NCBI GenBank assembly: GCA_965223325.1
Contig: CBDCWI010000002.1
Location: 32,001-96,000 of the forward strand
DNA from: Candidatus Multivoradales bacterium
GTDB taxonomy: Bacteria; Acidobacteriota; Thermoanaerobaculia; Multivoradales; Multivoraceae
Length of the DNA: 64,000 nucleotides
Direction of reading: 5' to 3'
This document shows positions 1 through 10,200 of the stretch, piece after piece. Every line of letters begins with the position of its first letter. Position 1 is the stretch's first letter. Made by a program: the position numbers and the translations under genes. The notes beneath the pieces are model-generated. The model saw nothing but the letters and a program-made list of their open reading frames with translations. It made no database searches and was not told the origin of the DNA.

Positions 1-1263
1 TACGTGACCGGCCAAACGCAGGACTCGACCGACTACACCCAGGGGTGTCAGAGCGGGTGGACGAACTGCGAGGAGTCGGAGGCGGTCTATCTCGACGGGG
101 TCCACCTGACTCCGGTCACGAGTAAGGCCAACCTCGACCAGGACGACGAGTTCTACTTCGACTACGCCGCCGACCGCATTTACTTGAACTTCGATCCCGA
201 GCTCAACCAGGACCTGGTCATCGAGGCGACGTCCGAAGAGAAGGCCTTCGATCTGTCCGACAGTACAGAGGCGAACCCGCACACGGTTCGAAACTGCACG
301 GTCAAGTTCTTCAACGCGTCGGCCGAACCTCCGGTCGAGACGAACAACGTGATCGACATGGGCGCCGGCGCGATCTTCGAGTACTCGTACCTCGGCCAAA
401 GCGGCGGCGTCGGAATCATGATGGACGGCGACGGCTCGACAGTCCAGCACTCGATCATCGAGGACATCGGCCGGCTCGGTATCGGTGGCAACAACGACGA
501 CCTGACGGTCGAGAACGTGGCGATCAGGCGGGTCAACCGCGACAAGGGGCATTCCTACGTCTGGGAGGCCGGCTGCACCAAGTTCGCAACCGGCAACGTC
601 GACAACCTGCTGCTCGCCAACAGCACCGCCGAGGACTGTCTCGGACCCGGCTGGTGGACCGATATCGACGTGGGCGATGCCGTTGATTCAAGCATCGTGT
701 TCCGAGACCTCTGGGCGTCAGGCAATCAGGAAGGCGTCCGCCACGAGATCGCGTTCGCCGCCACGATCGAGCGCGTCATCGCGATGCGAAACGAGGATGC
801 CCAGATCGCCGTGGCGAACAGCGAAGACACGATCGTCCGCGACTCCTGGATACAGAACACGATTGTCGACTCGCCCGGGGTCAACAGCGGCCTGAGTCTT
901 GGCAACGACTGCCGCACTTCGCCGGCGAACTACTACACCCGCGACGTCACGGTCGAGAACAACATCTTCGTCTCTGAGGGCGATAACGACGGGTGCTGGT
1001 CTTGCGGATACGTGGTGTCGATGCAGGTAAGCCCGACGACAACGTCCGGCTGCCCGCTGAACCTCGATTCGACGCTGGCCAACTGGTTCAACGGAACGAA
1101 GAACCCCACGAAGATCGACAACAACCGGTACGTGCTGCTCGGCGAGGAAGCGTTCGTGGGGCAGAGCGGCTCAGACGGCCGCGCGGAAATCAACTGGTCG
1201 AGCTGGCAGGGGCTGGGGCTCGACACCAACAGCGAAAAGGTCACAACCCGAGGAGGCAACTAG
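1..1263 (+). CDS. Right-handed parallel beta-helix (pectin lyase-like) protein, 5' partial
   Basis: Frame open from base 1; repeated beta-helix-type strands (e.g. 'STVQHSIIEDIGRLGIGG', 'GPGWWTDID', 'GNQEGVRHEIAFAATIE', 'VTVENNIF'). Confidence 0.7.
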   Translation, partial: YVTGQTQDSTDYTQGCQSGWTNCEESEAVYLDGVHLTPVTSKANLDQDDEFYFDYAADRIYLNFDPELNQDLVIEATSEEKAFDLSDSTEANPHTVRNCTVKFFNASAEPPVETNNVIDMGAGAIFEYSYLGQSGGVGIMMDGDGSTVQHSIIEDIGRLGIGGNNDDLTVENVAIRRVNRDKGHSYVWEAGCTKFATGNVDNLLLANSTAEDCLGPGWWTDIDVGDAVDSSIVFRDLWASGNQEGVRHEIAFAATIERVIAMRNEDAQIAVANSEDTIVRDSWIQNTIVDSPGVNSGLSLGNDCRTSPANYYTRDVTVENNIFVSEGDNDGCWSCGYVVSMQVSPTTTSGCPLNLDSTLANWFNGTKNPTKIDNNRYVLLGEEAFVGQSGSDGRAEINWSSWQGLGLDTNSEKVTTRGGN

Positions 1264-1470
1264 ATGCTGGTCGAGATTGAGATGTTGACAACAGAGGGCA
1301 AGTACAAGAAGGGCCAGGCCTACGAGGTGGACGCCCAGCGCGCGGCCGCGTGGGAAGCCGCCGGCGTGGCGCAACGCCCAGGAGCTAAACCAGAGCGCCG
1401 CTCAAGTGGCCTCAAAACACGAAGGCCCGCGGGCGCGGAGCCATCACCAACTGACGACCAGGAGGTCTAG
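1264..1470 (+). CDS. Small phage structural-module protein
   Basis: GAGGAGG SD upstream, abuts neighbours, 68 aa, typical position before the tail tube gene. Confidence 0.65.
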   Translation: MLVEIEMLTTEGKYKKGQAYEVDAQRAAAWEAAGVAQRPGAKPERRSSGLKTRRPAGAEPSPTDDQEV

Positions 1471-1473
1471 ACA

Positions 1474-2208
1474 ATGGCAGGCGAGAAAAGAGTGGTGGTT
1501 CGAAACGCCACAGTGATCTACGAAGAGTTCAACTACGCGCCATTCGCAAACGACGTGTCGATTGATCTGTCACAGCAGGACATCGACGCTTCGAACTTCG
1601 AGAGCCCTGGGGGCTTCGAAGACACGTTACCCGGCAACAAGAGCGCGACGTTCACCGTCAGCGGATTCGCAATGTCTGGCGACCTCGAGCGGGCACTGTG
1701 GACCCGCGAGGACGATGTCCTCGTGTCGTTCTCACGTGAGCGGCCGGTCGAGGCAGGCGATCTCGTGTACTTCGCGAAGGCGCGACGCAGTGGCAACCCG
1801 ATCCAGACCCGAGTGGGCCAGATCGCGACGCTGTCCGCGAACTTCAAACCGATCGAGGGCATCGTGCAGGGTTATGGCGCATACAGCAGCCTGGCTATCA
1901 CGGCCAGCGACACCGGCGGCGAGATCAACATCCCCGGCGGCGTGCCTAACGGCTCGACGCTCAAGATGATCGTGCATTGCACGGACGCGTCCGGCACGAC
2001 CCCAACGATGGACATCATCGTGCGCAGCGCTGCGGCGACCGGCATGGGTACGCCGACAACTCGCGGAACGTTCACTCAGATCACAGCGGCGGGAAGCGAG
2101 CTCCTCGAGGTCGATGGCCCGATCACTGACGAGTTCTGGGACGTCGATATCACGGTGGCCGGTACGACACCCAGTTTCGGCGTGATGGTTGCGATCGGCG
2201 TCATCTAG
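1474..2208 (+). CDS. Major tail (tube) protein with C-terminal accessory beta domain
   Basis: AGGAGG SD; 'IDASNF..GGFEDTLPGNKSATFTVSG' resembles siphovirus tail tube N-domain; lies upstream of TAC and tape measure. Confidence 0.75.
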   Translation: MAGEKRVVVRNATVIYEEFNYAPFANDVSIDLSQQDIDASNFESPGGFEDTLPGNKSATFTVSGFAMSGDLERALWTREDDVLVSFSRERPVEAGDLVYFAKARRSGNPIQTRVGQIATLSANFKPIEGIVQGYGAYSSLAITASDTGGEINIPGGVPNGSTLKMIVHCTDASGTTPTMDIIVRSAAATGMGTPTTRGTFTQITAAGSELLEVDGPITDEFWDVDITVAGTTPSFGVMVAIGVI

Positions 2209-2214
2209 ATCCCT

Positions 2215-2310
2215 GCGGCGGTTGAGGGGGCCCGGGCTGCGGCGAGACACCGTCTCCACTCTCCCCCGTGAGAGGCGAGTTGCTCGGGCGCCCTCACGGC
2301 CGTCGCTTTT
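2215..2310 (+). terminator. Branched stem-loop / attenuator-like structure between tail tube and chaperone genes
   Basis: GCGGCGGTT-GAGGG-G-GCCCGGGC pairs with GCTCGGGC-G-CCCTC-A-CGGCCGTCGC (G-U pairs on + strand), encloses two small hairpins, followed by TTTT. Confidence 0.5.
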
Positions 2311-2324
2311 CCATGGAGAAAAAC

Positions 2325-2969
2325 ATGTCTACAAGATTCGACCTGACCAACGTACTCGGCGCGATGCAGGAAACGCGGCGCGTCGTCGACCCGTGGGGCT
2401 TCGGTTGGGAGTTCGAGATCGCTCGACTCGATTGTCGTCCCTACGCAGAATGGCAGCGTCAGGAGCAGGCCCTCAACCCGCTCGCTAGGGCAATGACCAA
2501 CGTGTCGGCACAGGCGGCGCTTGCGGCAGCGGCCGAAGGCCAGAACCTCGGCGGTGAGGATTTCGAAGCGACCCGGAAGCAGGTCATGCTTAAGGCCTCG
2601 GAAACGTTCGAGCTCGACCCAGAGCAGATGGCCGAGAGCACCGCTCGAGCGGCGCGAGGGGTAGCGGAACACCTGATTCGCGGCTGGGCCGGCGTGCTCA
2701 GTGCTGACGGCGTGACCGTGCCCTACACAGTCGACGCCGCGGTCGAGCTCCTGACGGACACGACATCGTTTCCCGCGACCAAGAAGCACCCAGACACCGG
2801 CGAGGACGTCGAGATCCCACACGGTGGAAACACCGTCGGCCAGGCGGTGCTGTCGTGGGTGCTCGAGGAGGCGGCCAAGAACGAGGCCTATCGGGCCGTT
2901 GAGCTGAGGGCCGTCGAGGGAAAATCCGAAGCGCGCTCCGATGGCACATCGGCACCTGGGGCCAACTGA
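2325..2969 (+). CDS. Tail assembly chaperone (lambda gpG-like), 214 aa
   Basis: GGAG SD then ATG at 2325; lies between tail tube and TMP; in-frame slippery heptamer G GGA AAA at 2918-2924. Confidence 0.8.
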   Translation: MSTRFDLTNVLGAMQETRRVVDPWGFGWEFEIARLDCRPYAEWQRQEQALNPLARAMTNVSAQAALAAAAEGQNLGGEDFEATRKQVMLKASETFELDPEQMAESTARAARGVAEHLIRGWAGVLSADGVTVPYTVDAAVELLTDTTSFPATKKHPDTGEDVEIPHGGNTVGQAVLSWVLEEAAKNEAYRAVELRAVEGKSEARSDGTSAPGAN

Positions 2970-3316
2970 GCGCGCATGTACGCAACGCGGCAGAGGGCGT
3001 CTACCAGGAGCGGCGGAAGTCGGGAGACTCTCGCCCGCGCCACGTCATCCTGGGCGAGCTCCTCGAGTACGAGGTTCCCGAGGACGATGCTCTCGTGAGT
3101 GAGACGCTGTTAGCCGACTCGCGCATGGCCCGCGACGTGAACGGGCGGACACTCCTCTCTGAGCAGCGTCAGTTCCTCGACGAGCGTGGGATCGTTGATC
3201 CCAGCGAACGAGACTTCTGGCTGCGTCTCTGGGCGGTGTGCAACGACGAGAGGGCCCAGATTCGGGCGGACGAGCGAGAAGAGGGTCCGGCCGGCGGCCA
3301 GGGCCTGGAGGGCTAG
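2918..3316 (+). CDS. -1 frameshift extension of tail assembly chaperone (gpGT-like; fusion 2325..3316, ~330 aa)
   Basis: The -1 frame is stop-free from the slippery site (GGG AAA ATC CGA AGC GCG...) through the listed 3095..3316 ORF to TAG, 3 nt before the TMP start. Confidence 0.8.
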   Translation, partial: GKIRSALRWHIGTWGQLSAHVRNAAEGVYQERRKSGDSRPRHVILGELLEYEVPEDDALVSETLLADSRMARDVNGRTLLSEQRQFLDERGIVDPSERDFWLRLWAVCNDERAQIRADEREEGPAGGQGLEG

Positions 3317-3319
3317 TCC

Positions 3320-6300
3320 GTGAGCGCTAGGTACCGCATCGAGATCGACGTCAGGACGATCAACGCCCGTCGTGCGCGCCGCGAGGCCGAGGAGATGGGC
3401 CCTGCGTTTGACAAGGCGAACCGCGGGGCCAGGGGGCTGACTGCCAGTCTCGGCGGCCTGGGCAAGGTGGTCGCGGTCCTCGGGCTCGCCAAGTTGACGG
3501 GCAGCCTGATCAGGTTCGCCACAGACTCGGTTGCGGCGTTTGACGCCCAACGGCAGTCGATCGCGCAGCTCGAGGCCTCCATCGCTTCGACCGGTGGCGC
3601 TGCTGGACTCACCTCCCAGCAGCTGCAGCAAATGGCCAGCTCGATCCAGGCCAACAGCACGTTCGGCGACGAGCTAGTCGTCCAGGCCCAGGCGATTGGG
3701 TTGACCTTCACCAAGATCACCGGTGAGGTCTTTCCGCGATTCATTCAGTCCGTTGCGGACGTCTCGCAGAAGATGGGGCAGGACCTCAACACCACGGTGG
3801 TCCAGTTGGGCAAGGCGCTGAACGATCCGATCGCCAACCTCGGCGCCCTCTCGAGAACCGGCATCCAGTTCTCGAAGGATCAGAAGGAAGCCATCAAGGC
3901 GATGGTCGAGATGAATGACCTCGCCGGCGCGCAGTCGATCATTCTCGCGGAGCTCGAGTCTCAGTTCGGTGGCTCGGCGAAGGCCGCCTCGGAGGAGTTC
4001 GGTGGCCAGGTCAAGCAGCTGAAGAACGATCTCGGCGACCTGGTCGAGGAGTTCGGAGAGGTCGTGGCGATTGTCCTGGGACCATTCGTCGGTGCCGCGG
4101 TCGACGGTGTGGGCTCCTGGAAAGAGGCATGGCTCGAGCTCAAGCCTGCAGTTTTCCAGGTGCTTTCTGCGATCCTCGATCGCGGAATCGAGGTCGTCAA
4201 CGAACTGCTCCGACTGTTCAATCGATTCGCCGTCGTAGGTGTGCAGATTGCGAGCATCGTTCCGGGTGGCGACGCGGTGGCGTTCGGCCTGGCCGGGGTT
4301 GTGGCCGAGGTGAACAAGTCGGTTCGACAGAACGCGCGGCTAGCCAAGGAGATCTCGGACAACTTCTCGGCGGCGGCGGAACGCGCTTTGGTGGCTCAGG
4401 GAGCGTTTGCCAGTGGCGAGGCGTCTTCGGCGGTCGTAGCAAAGAACGTAACCGCAGCTGCAGACGAGGCCGAGCGCGTCGCCCGTGCCTTCGAGGGCAT
4501 CCAGAGGATCAAGTTCCAGGAGTTTGACAACGTCAACCTTCGAGAAACGGCGATCAATGAGCAGAACCGGGCGGAGGCGGAACGGCGTCGTGAGGCCCAG
4601 TTCATACTCGGCGCCCTGCAGGACTTCACCGCAGACGTGAAGCGGACAGAGACCCTCGTCAAGAACGAGAGTCTCGAAGCCTCTCGGGCGTGGGTCGATG
4701 CCGTACAGACCGGTGCAGACGTTCTCAGTCAGAGCAACAACGAGTGGGTTCGTGCGGTGGGCCAGGCCGCGAACACGTTTCTCCGGGCCGTGGAGCAGGG
4801 GGCCAGCGCACTTCAGGCTGCCGGCGCTGCGGCGGGCCAGCTTGCCGGGCAGGTGTTGGACAGCATCGCGGACGAGCGCGCGAAAGACTTTCAATCGAAG
4901 GAAGCTCGCGAGTCCGCCGAGGTTGGCCTTTCGCTGACCAAGGATACCGGCCAGGAGCAGTTTGAGGTGGGTCGAGAGGTCGCGTTTCTCTTCGGCAAGA
5001 TCATCGGCGACTACTTCACAGGTGGACTCTTCGGAGACGCGATCGGATCGGTGTTCGACATCGCCTTTCAGGAGGGATTCAAGATCGAGCAGGAGCGTCA
5101 GCCCGGTCAGAACTCGCTCGACTTGTTGCTCGGCACGGGGAACTTCTTCGAGAACCTGGTCACCAACTTCTCGAACATCATGACGCTCGGTATCGACGAC
5201 CTGATCAGCGACGCGACCGGGCTTGGCATTCAGGACATCGGACAGGGCGACCCGTTCGGGCCAGGCGGCCCATTTGCACCGTCGACGCCCTTCACGAACT
5301 TCGACATCGGTGCCGAGAACGGCGTGTTCACACAGGTGAACCTGGACGAGAACAAGCGAGACGTGGAGGAGCTGCAAGGGCTCGGCGCGCAGATCACCGA
5401 CTTCCTCAACGGTGTGGTTGCCGCACTGGGCGGCACGGTCGAGAGCATCGGGAACCTGAACTTCTTCGAAGAGGCGGGAAACATTCAGGTCCGCGTTAAC
5501 GAGCAGGTGATCGGTGAGTTCGGCAGCGACCTACAGGCGGCCGTCGAGTTCATGATCACGGAGGCCCTCCAGATCGCTGACATTTCCGGAATCCCAGATC
5601 ACCTCCTGACCGCTCTTCGAGACTCTGCCGCCGAGGCACAGGCTAACGGTGACTTTGCAAAGTTCGCGCGCGAGATCGGATTCCTGGAGTTCTTCAACAA
5701 CTTCGAGAGCGCCGCAAGCAAGCTTGGCGCGCAGGTGCAGGTCTCAACCCAGATCGTGCTCGAGGCAGCCGCAGCGGCGACCAAGTATGGCGCAGACATG
5801 GATGCTGTTCGGCTCATCGCTGAGGGAGCATTCGCAGGGTTGAAGGACCAGATTCTCGGTCCGATCAGTCAGTTCTTGCCAGACATGACGCGCTGGGAGC
5901 TCATCTTTGCGCAGGTTCGAAACCAGGCCGAAGCCTACAACCAGGCCCTCCTCGAGCAGATCGCGGCACTCGAGGCCGCCGGCGACAACGCCGACATCCT
6001 CAAAGAGCAGCTCATTGACATCGCCCAAATCGATGCGGCTGAGCAGCAAGCCAAGAAGCAGCGCAACCCCGGAGCCGCATCGCGCCGCGAGGCGCGCGAG
6101 CGTGGCCGCGAACAGATCGCCAAGACTCTCGAGCAGATGTCACGGCAGGGGTTGCCCGAGTTCGATCTGGCGCTTCTCGAGCTCCAGGACCGACTGGACG
6201 CGATGCGAGCGACCGCCACTGATGTCGGGTTCGACCTGTCGCTTGTCGAAGACGCTTTCGCACGGGCCGGCGAAGAGCTGCGCTCTCAGTTCGCCGCGCA

Positions 6301-7255
6301 GGCCTCGAGCGATGCCGATTCCCTGCTCCTGGATGTCCTCGATCTCCTGGGCCGGGAAGAGGAAGCTGCCCAGCTCCGTCACGATCTGATGCTCGCCGAG
6401 CTCAAGATTCGCGAGGCAGAGCTAGCGATCGCGGTCGAACGCGGGCTGCTTGAGGCCGAGATCTTCGACCGAATCTCCGGCTTGATCAGCGAGATCCCTG
6501 CGACGCTCGAGGGGCTCAACGACGACGCGAATGACTCGACCGAGATCATCGGCGATCTGGGGACCAAGTTCACGGACATGCTCGCGGCTCAAGAGGCCGA
6601 GACGCAGAGGATCGCGAAGGAGCGCCGTGACTTCAACGCCCAGCTAGATCGGATCATCAACCAGGGCTCTCAGAGTGGCGGTTCGTCGGACCGGCTCGAT
6701 GCCCTGAACGAGCAGTTCGAGGAGCTGTTTGCCACGGCCGAGCGGCTGGGGCTTGGCGTTGAGCGAGTGACTGAGGCGTGGGCTGCCGCATCGGATCGGT
6801 TGCTGTCCGACATCTTGGCGCCGATCCTCAGCCTTCGCGACGAGATCCTCGCCGGCGGCCCCGGGTCTTTGTCCTCAGCGGACCTCTTCTCGAGCCTCCA
6901 GGACCAGTTCCAGCAGCTCAGCCAGGCGGCGCTAGGCGGCGACCTGGACGCGGTTGACGATCTACCCGATGTGATCCAGCAGTTCCGGGAAGCAGCGCTC
7001 GACCAGCTTGGCGGGTCTGGCCTGGGAGTGATCGACGAGCAGATTCTCCAGGTGCTCGACGCACTAGGACGCGGCGAACTTGTCGGCAATCCAGCCGACG
7101 GCACCGTTCGGTTCGAGCCGGGGACCCTCCGCAACGAGTTTACGGGCGCTCTCGCCGGAACCGAAACTGGTCTGCGCGGCATTCGCGAGGAGATGCGCGG
7201 TCTCCGCGGGGACATCTCCACTCTGCTGCGCGATCGCGTCCAGAGGGTCGGCTAG
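3320..7255 (+). CDS. Tail tape measure protein
   Basis: 1311 aa, Ala/Gln/Glu-rich helical; 'QLGKALNDPIANLGALSRTGIQFS' TMP-type motif; follows the G/GT pair. Confidence 0.92.
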   Translation: MSARYRIEIDVRTINARRARREAEEMGPAFDKANRGARGLTASLGGLGKVVAVLGLAKLTGSLIRFATDSVAAFDAQRQSIAQLEASIASTGGAAGLTSQQLQQMASSIQANSTFGDELVVQAQAIGLTFTKITGEVFPRFIQSVADVSQKMGQDLNTTVVQLGKALNDPIANLGALSRTGIQFSKDQKEAIKAMVEMNDLAGAQSIILAELESQFGGSAKAASEEFGGQVKQLKNDLGDLVEEFGEVVAIVLGPFVGAAVDGVGSWKEAWLELKPAVFQVLSAILDRGIEVVNELLRLFNRFAVVGVQIASIVPGGDAVAFGLAGVVAEVNKSVRQNARLAKEISDNFSAAAERALVAQGAFASGEASSAVVAKNVTAAADEAERVARAFEGIQRIKFQEFDNVNLRETAINEQNRAEAERRREAQFILGALQDFTADVKRTETLVKNESLEASRAWVDAVQTGADVLSQSNNEWVRAVGQAANTFLRAVEQGASALQAAGAAAGQLAGQVLDSIADERAKDFQSKEARESAEVGLSLTKDTGQEQFEVGREVAFLFGKIIGDYFTGGLFGDAIGSVFDIAFQEGFKIEQERQPGQNSLDLLLGTGNFFENLVTNFSNIMTLGIDDLISDATGLGIQDIGQGDPFGPGGPFAPSTPFTNFDIGAENGVFTQVNLDENKRDVEELQGLGAQITDFLNGVVAALGGTVESIGNLNFFEEAGNIQVRVNEQVIGEFGSDLQAAVEFMITEALQIADISGIPDHLLTALRDSAAEAQANGDFAKFAREIGFLEFFNNFESAASKLGAQVQVSTQIVLEAAAAATKYGADMDAVRLIAEGAFAGLKDQILGPISQFLPDMTRWELIFAQVRNQAEAYNQALLEQIAALEAAGDNADILKEQLIDIAQIDAAEQQAKKQRNPGAASRREARERGREQIAKTLEQMSRQGLPEFDLALLELQDRLDAMRATATDVGFDLSLVEDAFARAGEELRSQFAAQASSDADSLLLDVLDLLGREEEAAQLRHDLMLAELKIREAELAIAVERGLLEAEIFDRISGLISEIPATLEGLNDDANDSTEIIGDLGTKFTDMLAAQEAETQRIAKERRDFNAQLDRIINQGSQSGGSSDRLDALNEQFEELFATAERLGLGVERVTEAWAAASDRLLSDILAPILSLRDEILAGGPGSLSSADLFSSLQDQFQQLSQAALGGDLDAVDDLPDVIQQFREAALDQLGGSGLGVIDEQILQVLDALGRGELVGNPADGTVRFEPGTLRNEFTGALAGTETGLRGIREEMRGLRGDISTLLRDRVQRVG

Positions 7256-10200
7256 ATGGGCGTTTACCTCCTCGAGCTCGAGGTCTACAACCTCGAAACC
7301 GACAGCCTGGAACAGCTCTATCTCGCGACCGATCCCTGGGTCTCGCGACCGACGGATACGCCGGCGAATCAGCCGTACGCTGCACGGCTCGAGCGGCCGC
7401 CGAAGATCTCCCGGAGCCTTTACTCGCCAGGAACGATCGGCGGCCGGTCTGTGGCTAGTGCCGGCGAAGCGTGGATCAGCAATCTCGACGGGGAGATGGA
7501 CTTCCTCGAGCGCTGTGCGGTCGACAGCCGCAGCGTGAGGCTGCTTTACCACCCGACGGGCAAAGCTGCCCGAGACGAGTTCTCGACGGTCTTCGTCTCG
7601 ACGATGGACGATGTTCTCCCGGGCCACGACCGAATCGTGCTGATGATCCGAAGCCCACAGTTCCGGCTCGACGAGTCGCCGGCTGCACCAGACTTCTTTC
7701 TGCCTCATCACACTGCGGCGGTTTTCGGTACGGAAGCGAAGACCGCCCAGGCGCCGAGCGTTGCCTCGCCTTACAACCTCGCCAACTACACCGTTGAGTT
7801 TCGGTTTCGAATGCAGCCCGGGGCCGCTTGGGGGGCCCTCGTGTCCTTCGGCCGGGACGACACCAACCCGAACGGCCAGGCCTCGGTGCGCATCGGGAAC
7901 AGCAGCTGGGGCGGCGGTGCTCAGATCAATATCAACGGGACCAGCGCCACCTACAGCGGCCGCAGCTACCTAGATGGCATGGCACATCACGCAGCTCTAC
8001 GCCGGCGTGGAGACGACTACGAACTGCTGATCGATGGCGAGATGGTTTGCGAAGCGACGGTTTCAACGACCACGGTCACGAACAACTACTACACGATCGG
8101 CGCGCGCAAGACCGCAACCGGCCTGCGGGAGCACCCGGAAGCGGAGATCTGGGAGGTGCGCACTTGGGACCACGGCCGTACTGACGAGCAGCTCCTGTCT
8201 CTGCGAGAGGCTCGGCTCGAGGGAACCGAGGAGGGTTTGCGGTCCTATTGGCGCTTGGACGAAGGCGTCGACGTGACGACGGGCCTGGTCGCCACGGATT
8301 CGAACTGGTACGACCCATCGAACAACTCGAATGGCATCTTCTTCGACTCTGGCCCCAACAAGCACCACGGCATCTTCGTGACGGACGGTGAGTGGTCGTC
8401 CACAGGCGAGGGGCCTGGCGGCGTCCGCAAGCCTCTCCCCGTCGGCCACGTCTTCAACCTGGAACCGAGCCTTCTCGACGCCCGGGCTCAGCGCTACGCG
8501 GTGTCGGACGGCCCGGTGCGTCATGTAGAGGTGACGGAGGGCGGGCGCGTCCTGATCGACCAGCCTCGAATCGATTTCGACGGGACCGCCACCAAGGTGA
8601 CCATCTCTGGTTCGTCCGACTACGCGTTCACGGTCTCTGACGAGTTCACCGTCGAGACGCTCTTCCAGATCGACGATCCAGACTGGGCCGCCGGCGACAT
8701 CGTCAACCTGCTGGACCAGCCGGGCACCGGGAGTGCCAACGGCTGGTATCTGCGCGCGATCAAGGCTTCCACCGGAAAGTTCCGGGTGTTTGGGGTGGCC
8801 ACAACAGGCGATGGCTCCGGAGGCCTCACCGTCTGGTCGAACACCCTCTTGAGTTCGGGCCGCCGATACCGGATTTCCTTTGCGGTCAACGCGGCCGAGG
8901 ACAGGGGCGCGCTCTACCTGAACGGAAGGCTGGAGAACACCGCCGAACCGGTCGACCCGGCCTGGACAGGCGGTTTCGGTCTCTCCACCACCGACATCCT
9001 CGTCGGTGTCGAGGCCGGCGGGAGTCCTGACTACTTTCCCGGCAAGATCTGGGATCTGCGTCTCTGGGAGACGGAACGCGAGCCCGACGAGATCGAGTCC
9101 TGGGCGTTCCGACCGATCCGCTCGGCCCCAGCCTCACTGGTGGGCTACTGGAGGATGAACGAGGGCACCGGAACGACCGCCGGCGACCTAGCAGCCGGCG
9201 CCAACGACGGCACAATCACCTCGGGCACTTGGGTTGACGCGCAGGTTGCGATTGATCGCGTTCGCGGCCTCTTCGACCTCAGCTTTGCACCGACCGCGCC
9301 GATCCGCGCGAACGTCGAGGGCTGGATGCCGTTCGGACCATCGGTAGCCCTGGACGGTAGCACTGGTCGGGTCAAGTTGGTCGCGGCAGAGATACCGGCG
9401 GGCTCGTTCACGGTGGCTGGCTGGTTTCGGTCGGATCGATCGGCCGGCGATGCTGGTTCGAATCAAACGATGATCTATCGGTGGGACGCGAACGCGGGCG
9501 CCTTCCAGCTACGACTGTCGGACCAGTCCGGACCGCTGGAGAACTCGCTCGAGCTTGCCCTTCAAACCTCAACCGGAAGCCACACCGTTTCGACCTCCGC
9601 ACTCGAGTTCGAGGTTGGCCGCTGGCACCACGCTGCCGCCGTCTTCGACGAGACCGCCGGCGAGGCTCGGCTGTACCTGGACGGCCGGCTCGGTCACTCC
9701 GAGAGTGTCACCGGTACGCGCCCAGCACATACGCGTCTGATCAACATCGGGTCCGGGTCCTCCTCGAACCACGTCCTGGGCGCCGTGTCGGACGTCTTGA
9801 TTGCGACACGTGCGATGGACGCCGACGAAATCGCAGCGCTTCCGTACACGCGCCCGGCACCGGACGACTCGGCGCTTTACCGGTGGCTTCCGATGAATGA
9901 AGACACGGGGACCACCACGCACGACCTGAGCACCAACCTGGACTCGGGCACCCTTGACGGGGGTGCGGTCTGGGACGATGGTGTGTTCCCCGAGACGCCT
10001 GGCGAAGCGATTCGGTGGCTGGTGGCAAGCCGTGCGGCGCTCTTGGCTACCGAAGTCGATCTCGAGTCGCTACGCGACTACGACGCCCTGCTGTCATCCC
10101 CTCGAATCGGCTGGCTCGCAGAAGACAGCTCGGTCTCGGCAGTTCTCGACGACCTACTCCGGCCCGCCGGCTTCTTTGGATTCGGCCCGAACGGCGAACT

